Shown: positions 13,396 through 25,715 of the stretch, in pieces
Layout of the letters: every line of letters begins with the position of its first letter
Numbering within the stretch: the stretch's first letter is position 1
DNA from: Callorhinchus milii
Taxonomy: Eukaryota
NCBI RefSeq assembly: GCF_018977255.1
Contig: NW_024704743.1
Location: 73,534,001 to 73,598,000, forward strand
Length of the DNA stretch: 64,000 nt
Reading direction: 5' to 3'
Position numbers and translations under genes: made by a program
The notes under the pieces: generated by a model
Seen by the model: only the letters and a program-made list of their open reading frames with translations
Database searches by the model: none
Told to the model about the DNA's origin: nothing

Positions 13396-14038
13396 AGGCA
13401 AAAGTCTAACTATAAACCCTGCTGCAATTTCTCCCACAATTTTAATATATTGGGCAGAGAGCAGCAATCTTGTATAATTGGAGATTCGGATCCAATCCCT
13501 ATAGTCTGGGCAGGTATTGATTTTTCATCAGCAAATCCGGGAAACCCACATGATTGGTGTCTTGAAGCTAGATGCCTGAATACTATTTAAACATCATTAT
13601 TTTGAATCAAAGAAATTAGTGGCCATTCAGTCTAAAGTGTCTTCTAGTGCCAGCTCCCCCATTGATACTATCTACATTAATCCAACTCTGCTGCTCTTTA
13701 CCATACCTCTTAATGATATTTTACCTCACTTGTTAATTCAAATCCTTTTGAACTGCTATTAGAGACTGAGCTTCACCAGCTATTTGCAGAAAGGTAACCC
13801 ATATTCTGACAACCCTCTGCGTAAAAAATCTTTTAAACTCCCCCTTCTCATTTTCATTTTGCCCCTTATGATAATTCTCATTTTTTCTGTTTTAGTTATT
13901 GACTCGTCGATCAGTGGAAAGTCTCTCTAGTTGTTTTTTCCCGAAAAACTTTATTTTTATTTTACTTTCCTGATCTCTTGCAAAGGGTGATAGAATGATT
14001 CTATTTTTTCATGTGCACTGCACACAACAAATACTTAA

Positions 14039-14083
14039 AGGGTTAGGGTTTGGGTTGGGTTAGGATTAGGTTAGGGTTAGGTT
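14039..14083 (+). repeat. Short degenerate telomere-like (TTAGGG/TTAGG) tract
   Basis: agggttagggtttgggttgggttaggattaggttagggttaggtt. Confidence 0.75.
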
Positions 14084-15986
14084 GCACTGTAATTCTGAGC
14101 TTGCTTTAATAAGCACTGTGGACACTGGGAATTGGGCCATATTTTCTGAAACAGCAGTACAGTTGAAAAATATAGACAAATCAGGATTACAAATGTGCAT
14201 GACCTGAAGACTGAGATCCCATTTATACTGCAATAGTATCCAAATATGATGGCCTACCCCTTAGCACGGTGGCAGGAAGGGTGGGGCAAACTGGCATTTT
14301 TAGGGATAACAACACCTTGCATTCATCTTCGTGTGGAGTAGGATCTTGGAGCATCTAACAATGACGGAGGCTGAAATGGACCCAAGGAGAGAGAGGAGGT
14401 CACTGTAGGCACGATCAAAGAGGAAGCTGTGATTTGAAGACACACAAGGAGGGGGCAAGACAGAGGGATTAGGGCAGTGAGTTCCAGATCTTAGGACGTT
14501 GTGGCTGAAATCAGGGCTGCTGATGGTGGAGCAAAAGGGACAAGGGATAATCCAGGTATAAATTCCAGGTAGGCCTTTAAAAATGTGTTTTATATTGCAA
14601 AGACTTGCCTAATGATTCACAAAGTTGTTATTGTTGTTTTGAACTAAAAAGAAAAAAATGAATAAGGCAAACTGAATATGACCTTACAAGAATGAACTTC
14701 TGATATCAAATAGCATTTCAAATCTGATAAACTGGATACTCGGTGAGGTTTAAAATGTGTTCTCGGTCAGGTCAAAAATTTGCAGGCTGCAATCTGGATG
14801 TGCAGAAGATGGTAAATATCGAATGGTGTCAGGAAATGGATGTGGGCCATTGTGATGAATGGAAGTGCCATTCCAACGCAATATTTTTCTGGGAGGGCCA
14901 GAGCTGTGCGTCTGCATGTCAGACATCTAGTCACTAGCAGTGTTTGATATTTCCCATACTTTGTAAATCCAAGTTGTGAATACCATATTTTCAACCACAA
15001 TGCCATCCTATCAAATACATTTGTAATTTCCAACCGCAATGCTTTACAGCTTTGTTGTGATTTAAAACACCTGTACGTTATTCAGATACTTGCATTTCTG
15101 AAATTAGTTTCACAGAAAGCCATTACCCTTTATTTATTCTACGCACAAGCACGTCTCAAAGTGCTTTACATAGATGGAATAGGAGCCCGCGCAGAATGGG
15201 TTAGAGCGGGTTGGTGAGAGCTAGTACAACAGATGAAATCATCCTAGGCCAGATCACCCTGTTTTACAACAATTAAAGAAATAAAAGCAGGCCTGGGTGT
15301 TGCAGCACAACCTACAGAAACATCTCCATTCATTTTTACATTTTAATCTTCCAAAGCTTTGAAAGGTAAATACCAGCTCCCAAAAAATGAATAAAGACTT
15401 AGACTGGTAAACAGTGGGTTTGTTTCACAAGATCACAAGAAAGGTTTATATGAACAAGGTCCTTCATATATTTGATCTCATCCTTTTAGTATACCCACCT
15501 TATGGTTTTCCCATTAATGAGTCCAGAGTCCTGGCCTCAACTACCCTTCCTGGTAACCCGTTTCAGTCATTATTTATCTCTAGGCAAAGAAATACCCCCT
15601 GTCTGAAATTGCTCTTTGCAACCCTCAACTTGCATTATTTTGTTTGACTGTATCTTTCTGGGTTTCCTTTTTCAATCCTACTTAAAAATGTATATACCTT
15701 CATGAGGTGACCTCTGATCCTTCCAAACAATCCCAAATTTCCAAAATCATCCTGTACACAAAAAAGACTACAACAACAACAAAATTACACTTATAGAGCG
15801 CCTTTCACGTTGGGAGGACATCCCAAAGCGCTGGACTAAATTGTCCCAGCCTCAACACAGACTGTTCATATCATTCCCTTAAAAATGCTAGGAAAAGTGA
15901 CTAAAATAACTCAAATGGTTCTTTGTTCAGAAGGACAAATAATAGTGACTTGAACATTCCTGAAACCATCCACTGAATTTAAATAC

Positions 15987-18900
15987 AACAAGAAGAAGAA
16001 GATTACATTTGTATAGCACCCTTCACGTCGGGAAGATGTCCCAAGGCGCTGGACAGTGTACAGCATTTCAGGCCCACGTTGGGGCCAGGGAGGGAGAAGG
16101 GAGGGGAAGGGGGGTGGCCGATGGCATGGTCAAAGAGAAGAGTTTTGAGGCAGGACTTGAAGGAGGCTAAGGAGGGGGTGAGGCGGAGTGATTGAGGGAT
16201 GGAATTCCAGAGGTTGGGGGTAGAGCGGCTGATGGCTCTCCCGCCAATGGTGGGGCGGGTGGATTGGGGGACGTGGAGCAGGCCAGAGCCGGCTGAGCGG
16301 AGGGAGCAGGCGGGTTGTTACAACAAGACAACAACAAGATTCCATTTATAAAGCGCCTTTCACGTCAGGAGGACGTCCCAAGGCGCTGTACAGTTGGGTC
16401 ATGACCCGAGCAGGGGGGAAATGGTCAGGGTGAGGGGAGGGAAGGGAGGGAGCGAGGAGGGGGAAGAGAGTCGAGAGGGGAGCTGAAGGCACGGTCAAAG
16501 AGAAAGGTTTTGAGACCGGCCTTGAAGGAGGAAAGGGAGGAAGCAAGGCGAAGGCACTGGGGGATGGAGTTCCAGAGCCTCGGGGCTGAGAGGCTGAAGG
16601 CCCGACCACCGATGGTAGGGCGGTTGGGGCGGGGGACGTGGAGCAGACCGGAGCCAGAGGAACGGAGGGTACGGGCAGGCAGGTAGGGGGATAGTAGGTT
16701 GGAGAGGTAGGAGGGAGTGAATGGCCTTGTAGGTGAGGATGAGAATCTTGAAATCAATCCTCTGGGGGATGGGGAGCCAGTGGAGGCGAGCGAGGGTGGG
16801 AGTGATGTGGTCCGAAGCCTGGTGCGGGACAGTACACGAGCTGCAGAGTTCTGAATGACCTGCAGCTTGTGGAGGGAGGTGGCGGGAAGGCCGGCGAGGA
16901 GAGAGTTCCCATAGTCCAGCCTTGAGGTGACAAAGGCGTGAACCAGGGTTTCAGCAGCGTGAGGGGTGAGGTAGTGCCGTAGTCTGGCGATGTTCCGGAG
17001 GTGATGGAAGGCGGTGCCAGTTGTGGTGCGGATGTGAGGGAGAAAGGACAGCTCAGGGTCGAACAAAACGCCGAGGTTCCTGACTGGCTTTGAGAGGTGG
17101 AGAGTGCAGCCTTGGATGCTGATGGTGTCAGCGCCTGAGGTGCGGAGGCGCTGACGTGAGCCAATCAGGAGGGCCTCGGTTTTTCGCACGTTGAGCTGAA
17201 GAAAGTTGTCTCTCGTCCAGGACTCGATGTCGGACAGGCAGGCTGTCAGGACATCGGTGGTCGTGGAGTTGAGAGTAGAGGAGGAAAGGTAGAGTTGGGT
17301 GTCATCCGCATACATGTGGAAGTTAACTCCATGTCTGCGGATGATGTCACCGAGGGGGAGCATATAGAGGGTGAAGAGGAGGGGACCGAGGACAGAGCCC
17401 TGAGGGACACCACATGAGACAGTACGGGGGGTGGAGGAGAAGCCATTCGTTGAGACAAAGTGAAGACGGTGAGAAAGGTACGACCTAAACCATTCAAGGA
17501 CAGTGCCTTGAAGGTTGAGGTGGGAGGACAAGCGGTGGAGTAGGATAGCGTGGTCGACCGTATCGAATGCTGCCGATAGGTCGAGGAGGACGAGGAGACA
17601 GAGGGAGCCCTGGTCACAGATGGTCAGGATATCATTGGTGACCTTGACCAGGGCAGTTTCTGTGCTATGGGCAGCACGGAAACCTGACTGAAGGGGTTCA
17701 AAAAGAGAATGGGTGGAAAGGAAAGAGCGCAGTTGGGAGGCGACAACTCTTTCCAAGACCTTGGAGAGAAAGGGGAGGTTGGAGATGGGCCGGTAGCTTG
17801 ATAGCTGCGACGCATCAAGGGAGGGTTTTTTCAGGGTGGGCGTGATGATGGCAGTTTTTAATGGAATGGGGACAGAGCCAGAGGAGAGGGACAGGTTGAT
17901 GATGTCAGTGATATGTGGGGCAAGAAAGTGGAGCTGGGAGATAAGGAGTGGAGTGGGGATGGGGTCAAGGGAGCAGGTGGTTGGTTTTAGGGATAGGATG
18001 AGTTCAGTGACAGAGGGTGGGGAAACGGGTACGAAGGTGTGTAGGGGAGGATGGGTAGGAGTCGGAGTGTGGGAGGGAAGGGGTGGGTGGTGGGTGGAAG
18101 TTGGAGGGGAAGTGACCGCGGAGCGGATTCCCTTGATCTTGGATTCAAGGAAATCCAGCATCTCCTCGCAGTGAAGGTTGGAGGAGATGACCTGCGCGGG
18201 GTGGCGGGGGGACGGAGGAGTCGGGTTGTGGTGGAAAACAGTAGCCTGGGGTTGTTCTTCGCCTCCAGGATTATCCTGGAGTAGAAGGACGACTTGGCCG
18301 AGGCTAGAGTGGAGCGGTAAATTTTGAGGAGGTCCAGCCAGATTTGTCGGTGGACCGTTAGGCCAGATTTGACACAGGTGCGTTCAGCAGCCCGCACCTG
18401 GCTTTTCAGTGAGCGGAGGTGGGTGGTGTACCAGGGGGAGGAGCGGGAGTAGGAGACAGTGCGGGAAGTGATGGGGGCAAGAGTATCGAGTGTGGAGGAG
18501 AGGGTATTGTGGAGGAGGGAGAGAGGAGAAGAGGGGTCGGTGAGGGTTGAAGGCCAGAGGGAGAGGAGTTCAGAGGACTCCAAGGCATCGGTTAGGGATT
18601 GTGGGGGTAACTTCTTCCAAGGGCGGTAGAAGATGGTGGTGGGTCTGGTGGAGGTGGGGAGGGGGGTGGAGGTGGTGAAGGAGATGAAGTAGTGGTCAGA
18701 GATGGCCTTGTCGGTAATAGTGACATCCGAGACACTGAGGCCCCGGGTGATCACCAAATCGAGTGGGTGGCCGTGACTGTGACTGTGTTAGGGGGTTAGG
18801 AGGTCGCAGAGGTAGGGTGGGGCGAGGCCATGGAGGGCTTTGTATGTGAGGACCAGGATCTTGAACTGGATCTTCTAAAGGATAGGGAGCCAATGGAGTC

Positions 18901-19311
18901 GGGCAAGAATGGGGGAGATGGGGTCACAAAGTTTGGTGCGTGAGAGGACACGGGCTGCAGAGTTCTGGATTATCTGCAGCCTGTGGAGGGAGGAGTTGGG
19001 AAGGCTGACAAGCAGGGCGTTTGCATAGTCGAGCCTGGAGGTGATGAAGGCATGAACAAGAGTTTCAGTGGCCTGAGGGGTGAGGTAGTGGCGGAGTCGG
19101 GTGATGTTACGGAAGTGAGGGAAGGCAGAGCGGGTCATTGCTTGAATGTGAGGAAGAAAAGACAGTTGAGGGTCGAACAAGACGCCGAGGTTCCTGACTG
19201 GCTTGGTGAGTTGTAGTGTGCAACCATGGAGGTTGATGTTGCCAGAGCCTGAGGCGTAGAGGCGATGGCGCGAGCCAATCAGGAGAGCCTCAGTCTTGTT
19301 CACATTTAACT
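15987..19311 (-). mobile_element. Older L2 3' fragment (15987-16320 and 18786-19311) split by a younger L2
   Basis: The two halves join as gcgggttgttagggggttaggaggtcgcag, matching unsplit copies near 25150 and 43390. The ORF at 18875-19303 is the L2 ORF2 C-terminus. Confidence 0.88.
16321..18785 (-). mobile_element. Young 5'-truncated L2 LINE: end of APE endonuclease, linker, RT domain and 3' tail; frameshifted
   Basis: ORFs 17987-18757 (ISDHY..SF) and 16425-18161 ([48 protein letters not shown]); tail seen as caa-rich on the + strand; TGTTA duplication at both ends. Confidence 0.96.
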
Positions 19312-19997
19312 ATAGGAAATACACTGGATTTTGCTTTTGAAGGAGGTTAATTGTGTTTTGTTTTTCTAGAAATATGGCTTGTCAGAAACTCCACAGGCTC
19401 CTAACCAATTTTCTCTCTCTTCAAATTTGACTGGCATCAGATCTGCTGAGTAAACATTACACAAGGGATGAAAGCTGCTCTCGTGCATTCCGACCTTCCA
19501 GGAACAATCAGCACTTTAAAAGAGCTAAACTCGTGTTCAGAAGTTTAATGATGCTCTGTTTGTCTACCAAAAGGAGCTGACACGTGTGACACTTTTGTAT
19601 CCAGGTATCCTTCCAATCTCCTGCTACTCTTTAGGTGGTCTGAGATGGACAGGAATAGAAAATATTAGGCAAAAGAGCTGCACCAGACAACAGCCAGAGT
19701 TGATCTGACAATATAGCCAATTGGTTTTGAGTAAGATACTTAGCCCGCTGTAGAAAATTTTTGCACAATTCATTGTTATTTTCATTTCAAAATAATTCAG
19801 TCAGGGTACACTGAAGTCTTGTCTACAATCTCCACTGCAGTGTTCCCCCAGCCCAGTCTCCTTGGCTCTTAAGACTTACTGTTACTTATATTCCCTTGGC
19901 AGGAAAACAACTAAAGCTGCAAAAGTAACATGTTAATTTAAAATGAATTTTAACCTAGTCTTAATCTATAGCACGATTTTTGACTTCAAAGTCAGGT

Positions 19998-21257
19998 TCA
20001 ACAACAACAACAACAACTTGGATTATATAGCGCCCTCCACGCCGGACGGCGTCTCTGAGCGCTTTACAGAAACGGATCCTGGGAGCGAGCCAGGGGGAGG
20101 GGGAGGAAGGCGACAAGTCGAAAAGAAAGGTCTTCAGCAGAGACCTGAAAATGGGAAGGGAGGGAGCGAGACGAAGGGAATGAGGGAATGAGGAAGGCAG
20201 TTCCAGAGCCTCGGGGCATAGTGGCTGAAGGCACGGCCGCCGAGGGTGGAGTGGAGGATTCGGGGGACGAGGAGGAGACCAGACCCAGAGGAACAAAGGC
20301 AACGGGCACTGTTTTGAGGAGAGAGGAGGTCAGAGAGGTAGAGGGGTGCAGAGGAGTGCAGGGACTTGAATACAAGGGTGAGGATCTTGAAATCGATCCT
20401 CTCTGGGATAGGCAGTCAGTGCAGTCTGGCAAGGACTGGGGTGATCGAGGAGCGGAGTTTGGTGTGGGTGAGAATGCGGGCGGCAGAGTTTTGAATGATT
20501 TGGATTTTATGGATGGTAGTGGATGGGAGACCAGCGAGGAGGGCGATAGAATAGTCCAGCAGAGAGGTGACAAAGGCATTGACTAGGGTTTCAGCGGCTT
20601 TTAGGGAGAGGTATTGGCAGAGACGGGCGATGCGTCGTTGGTGGTAGAAGGCGGTGCTGGTGAGGGACCGGATGTGGGGGAGGATGGATAATTGGGGGTC
20701 GAACCTGACGCCTAGGTTGCTTACGGGTTCAGAGAGTTTTAGGGGGAGGTCGGGTAGGTGGAGGAGGTGAGAGCCGTGAGAATTTAGACATTGACGAGAG
20801 CCAAAGAGTATGGCTTCTGTCTTGTCAACGTTCAGCTGCAGGAAGTTTACGCTCATCCAGCCCCTGAGATCTGGCAGGCTGACAGAACATCAGGGGACTG
20901 GGGGTTAAGAGAGGTGGAAAAATAGAGTTGGGTGTCATCTGCACACATGTGGAAATGTACCCCATGTCTACGGATGACATCCCCAAGAGGGAGCATGTAG
21001 ATCAGAAAGGGGAGGGGGCCAAGGATGGATACTTGGGGTACCCCGCAGGTAACCAGGTGAGAGCGGGAGGAGAAGCCGTTTGTGCAGATGTACTGCTGGC
21101 GGTTTGTGAGGTAGGACTCGCACCAGGCGAGTGTGGTTTCACTGAGGTGGATGACGGAGGAAAGGCGGTGGAGGAGGATGGCATGATCAACTGTGTCGAA
21201 CGCGGCGGAGAGGTCCAGGAGGACAAGGAGGCAGAGGGAGCCCTGGTCACAGATGAA
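19998..21257 (-). mobile_element. Second L2 subfamily, decayed RT C-terminal half with 3' tail
   Basis: Motifs FLQLNVDKTEAI and IQNSAARILT; distinct tail stem-loop (ctccacgccggacggcgtctctgagcgc on the + strand) and (CAA)n. Confidence 0.9.
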
Positions 21258-22374
21258 GAATTGTAGAAAATTCTAAACATTCAGTCCATTTGGAACCCAC
21301 TTTCTGCAATATATGAAAATGAATTTCCTCTGAAGTTACCTATTCTTACACCATGCCATGTCCTAACCTCACCAGACTGCAGTGCACAGTATGTTTCATG
21401 CAGTATGCCCTTTTCAACCTCACTACCAGATTTACATACAGCGTCAAAACAGGGAGTGTTATTATCTAGTTAAGGACCTCCCTCCCACCAACCATTTTTT
21501 CTTAAGAAAAAGGTGCAGGTAGATATCAACAAATATCTCCTCAAAGGTGTGGACATCTTGTTGCCTGCTTGTCAGTAAATTTACCAGCCCTACCCTTGTG
21601 CACTTAATGATGTTTTTCATGATGTCAGCTAACTGGTAGGATTGCTAAATACCCATAAATTGAGACAATCCTTGGTCACTATCACAGTTTGAAAATGTAC
21701 CAAAATGGAAAATAACTACCCAACTCTCTCCTCATTCTCACAACTTCTGACTCTCCACAATATATTACTTTGGTTTATAACCTCACAATTCCTAGATTTT
21801 AATATCGTACTTAATGCGCTACAGACCAGAACCTAATATGAATTGCAGCGTTGAACATGACTTACATTAGGATTGGAAACTGGTCAATAATGGTGCTCTC
21901 AAACTCAATTACTGATCAGAGTTTTTTTTATAATAGCCCACAGTAGCAATGAGTTAGATGTCAGACTTATAGAAAGGCATAGAATGCAATCAGGCTCCAG
22001 TCTTCTCTCACATGCTTCATTCACAGGCTTCTGCTTGGCGGCATTTAATATCCAAGAAGGCAATCTTTGCCAAGGCTATGAAAATAAAACTTGACACATT
22101 GGCATTTAACACTCAGATAACTTTTATCCTCAGGATGCGCCATCACAAAACCTGTGATCAAGAATTGCTTCTCTTTGGGAACCTCTGTTATTTATATTAT
22201 CAGGAGCTATTAACTATATGGGCTCTGGGTCATGAATGACTGAATGAATTCAACCTTCCTAGTTTGAGATTGGACAATAACATTACCCTGCTATCTTGAA
22301 AGTTTTTTGAGGTCATTGGCAGAAAGTCATTCAGACATTATTGTTAGTACAGGACTGTAATACAATATCTGAAT

Positions 22375-22462
22375 CAACCTTGATGTCTCCATTGTTTTAC
22401 AGCGTGGTGTTCATTTCCCAAAATGAACATTATGCTGTAAAACAATGAAGACATCAAGGTTG
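22375..22462. repeat. 88-nt inverted repeat: 42-bp arms, 4-nt loop
   Basis: caaccttgatgtctccattgttttacagcgtggtgttcattt-ccca-aaatgaacattatgctgtaaaacaatgaagacatcaaggttg; the arms differ at 4 positions. Confidence 0.92.
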
Positions 22463-24513
22463 CAGTGCAAATTTATGCCAAAAGCCTGAGGTACCATTTA
22501 ACTGCAATCTAAATTTAGGTCATAAATATCTTGCAGGTGGTGAGAAACGTGTTTCAAAACAACTCCCTCAGTGTTATTTTATCTAAATCTTTTTTTCCCG
22601 ACCTACAAGGTTTCTCATTTTCTAGGATTGCAATAGGAAATCTTTCTGCATCAACGCCCTCACTGCATTTCATCTCCTCAAATATGTCATGTCCATCTGA
22701 ACATTAAAAANTAAATATTAATGGAAGGGACCTCAATTTAACATCACATCAGAAGGATGGCACTTCCAACAATGCATTACACCCTCAGGACCCAAATGGA
22801 GCACAGCCTAGACTATGTGAGCTCAAAGTCCTGATATAGAGCTTAAACCCACAACCTTCTCACTCCAAGGAGAGTGCTACCAAATAAGCCAGGCTGATAC
22901 CTGTAAAGCAATGAATTAGTTAACTGCTGACATACTCATGAAGCTGAATAATCCTCTGATTTACATTAAATCAATGACTTACAGGAATGATTCATAGGCC
23001 CAAACTTAGATTTTTTTATAATGCATTTCCCTAGGCTTTTAAAGACTAAAATGCATGCTGCAAACTACTTTATATTCTAAACTTTTGTATTTTATTTCTC
23101 CACATCAATAGGTAAATGTTGCAAGTGTTCATCAAATAGACCAGAACTCTGTAAAGCTGAGCTGATGTCAGCATCAAAAAGAAACACTTTTCTTAGTACT
23201 TTGGTTTGATTTCCTCCTCAAACCCCAGAAAAGCTAATCCTTCTCCATAAAGGCAAATATTTCAAACCCTCCTGCCAATTGTTCAGGTGCTGATGCATTT
23301 ATGTGCTGTACAATTATCTACAAACAACACAGTTGAAACAAATGGAAAATATGTAAATGTATTCAATTTATTCACAGACTACTTTTTGACAGTGTTCAGC
23401 GTATTTCTTTATGAAAAAATCTGCCCTGAAGTAATCTTCATTCTCATCTAATTCCTTTCAGCAGGCAAGACTCAGCGAGATGCTTCAGAGAGCAAAAGAA
23501 TAAAAAGCTATTTCCTTCTGAAGTCATACTGCTGTTGAAAGTAGCTCACTGACCTGAAGGTAATCCTTATCAACATATGTACAAGCAACTGTAATCCTAG
23601 GCTTTAAAAGCAAAAATACTGTATCAACTCCCGGAGCATGAATACTACGTCATAGAGGTGATTCCAGTTGTGTAATAATGTCCTCAGGAACTGAATTAGA
23701 GTGTTATAACAACAACAACAACAACAACAAAATTACATTTGTTTAGCGCCTTTCACGTCGGGAGGATGTTCCAAGTATTACGTGTACTAATTGCATTACT
23801 GTAAAGTGGCTTACCCCCATTCGCTGTCTCTCTCTTTGAAAAAATACCACTATTCACCGATCTTTATTAATAAATTATGATGAGAGGGGCTATATTCCGT
23901 ACAGCAGAGAGGAGGTTAAGTGGTAATTTGATTGAATTATTTAAAATAATGAAAGTTAATGACATGTTTGACAGCACTTTTGATGACTGACACATGCTTG
24001 TCTGAAACCCATCATGATTCTTAAGAATATCCAAACCAGACTTAAGAGTTCAACATGTAGAGATTTCCGTGTGTCTGGAATGGAAGACATACTCTCTCCT
24101 GAAAGGACGCACCGTGCTTACCTAATTCTATAGTGTATTAAGCACAGGTTGGCAAGAGCCAAGGCCTGGGGACACCAGAGTTTGTATCGAGGTACTGCTG
24201 GTATGATTTTTTTGGCCTTTTTGAGGGGACAGGGGTGGTCGGCCAGATATCTGATAGTGGACGAATGACTCTTTCCTCTGGTGGAGGGATCCATTACAAT
24301 GGGAAATAGGCTTAAAACCAGAATGATGAGGTCAGATTTCTTCTTACAGAAGGTTATGAAGATGTGAAGAAGCACTACCACAGAAAGCTTGTAAAGGCAG
24401 AATCAATAGAGATGATAATTAAGAGATAGATGGGTTGTAGAGGTATTAAAGGGTATGGTGAAATGGCATTCGATAGGGATTAAAAGATCTGACCAGATCT
24501 AATAAACTTGTGG

Positions 24514-24676
24514 CAAAAACAGAGAGAGCTGGGAAAACTCAGCAGGTCAGGCAGCATCTATGGCGAAAGAAAAGTGCTTTTCCTTTCTCCATAGATGCTG
24601 CCTGACCTGCTGAGTTTTCCCAGCTCTCTCTGTTTTTGTTTCAGATTTCCAGCATCTGCAGTATTTTGCGTTTTGT
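24514..24676. mobile_element. 163-bp fold-back insertion resembling a shark Penelope-like terminal sequence, inside a CR1 remnant
   Basis: Perfect 50-bp inverted arms at 24514-24563 and 24589-24638, flanked by taataaact(t/g)gtgg at 24500-24513 and 24677-24690. The Penelope assignment is from recall. Confidence 0.75.
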
Positions 24677-24830
24677 TAATAAACTGGTGGAACTGGCTCA
24701 ATGGGCTGACTGGCCTCCACTTCCTAGTTTCCCATGACTCAATAATCTGTAATTCAGGAATGGTTAAAGATATGAAACAAATAACACTATTCCTACTTAC
24801 ATTTGTTATAGAGCTTTCTAGTTTGAAACA

Positions 24831-25715
24831 CAGCAACAAGATTACATTTGTATAGCGCCTTTCACGTCGGGAGGACATCCCAAGGCACTGGACAGTGTAC
24901 AGCATTTCAGTCCCGAGCTGGGTTCTGGAGGGGAGAAGGGAGGGGAGGGGAAGGGGGGTGGCCGATGGCATGGTCGAAGAGGAGGGTCTTGAGGCGGGAC
25001 TTGAAGGAGGCTAAGGAAGGGGCGAGGCAGAGTGATTGGGAGATGGAATTCCAGAGGTTGGGGGCAGAGTGGCTGAAGGCTCTCCCGCCAATGGTGAGGC
25101 GGGTGGGTCGGGGGCTATGGAGCAGGCCAGAGCCAGTTGAGCGGAGGGAATGGGTGGGTTGTTAGGGGGGTTAGGAGGTCTCAGAGGTAGGGTTTTTATT
25201 GGGCAAGGAATTTTGGTACGGGAGAGGACACAGGCTGCAGAGTTCTGGATGATCTACAGCCTATGGAGGGAGGAGTTGGGGAGGTCGACAAGCAGGGAGT
25301 TTGCATAGTCAAGCCTGGACTATGCAACCTTGGGCAAGTTTCCTTACTCCACACGCCTAATAATAATCCCTCCAAAATTATTAAACAATAATAAATTGGT
25401 CATTTTCAATCCACGACTGTTTGTGGGACACCGCTGTGTGCAATTGGCTGTCGCGTTTCGCCCAGAAATATACAGTCAATTCACTTTACAGTCTATTCTA
25501 TGAAGCAGTTTGAGAGGTCGAGAAGACGTGAAAAGCGCTATATCAAATACAAGGATTATTATTATTTATTATTATATTATTATTATTATTTATTATATTG
25601 ATCTTATGAATACATGTATGAGGGTCTTGACGCCCTGCGGTGTGAGACGGTGGTGGAGCCGGGCGATGTTGTGGAGGTGGGGAAAGGCAGAGTGGGATAT
25701 GGCACAGATGTGTTG
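24831..25715 (-). mobile_element. Decayed L2 fragment(s) interrupted by a SINE at about 25325-25597
   Basis: L2 tail at 24831-24900; ORF2-like sequence stops near 25320 and resumes near 25606. Confidence 0.8.
25325..25597 (+). mobile_element. 5'-truncated short tRNA-Deu-L2 SINE
   Basis: Matches 60553-60820 from aaccttgggcaagtttcc onward; (ATT)n tail. Confidence 0.9.

Noticed and set aside
16425..18161. 578-aa RT ORF as a host or domesticated gene
   Set aside because: 5'-truncated, frameshifted, TSD-flanked, and has a near-identical sister copy; an ordinary young L2.
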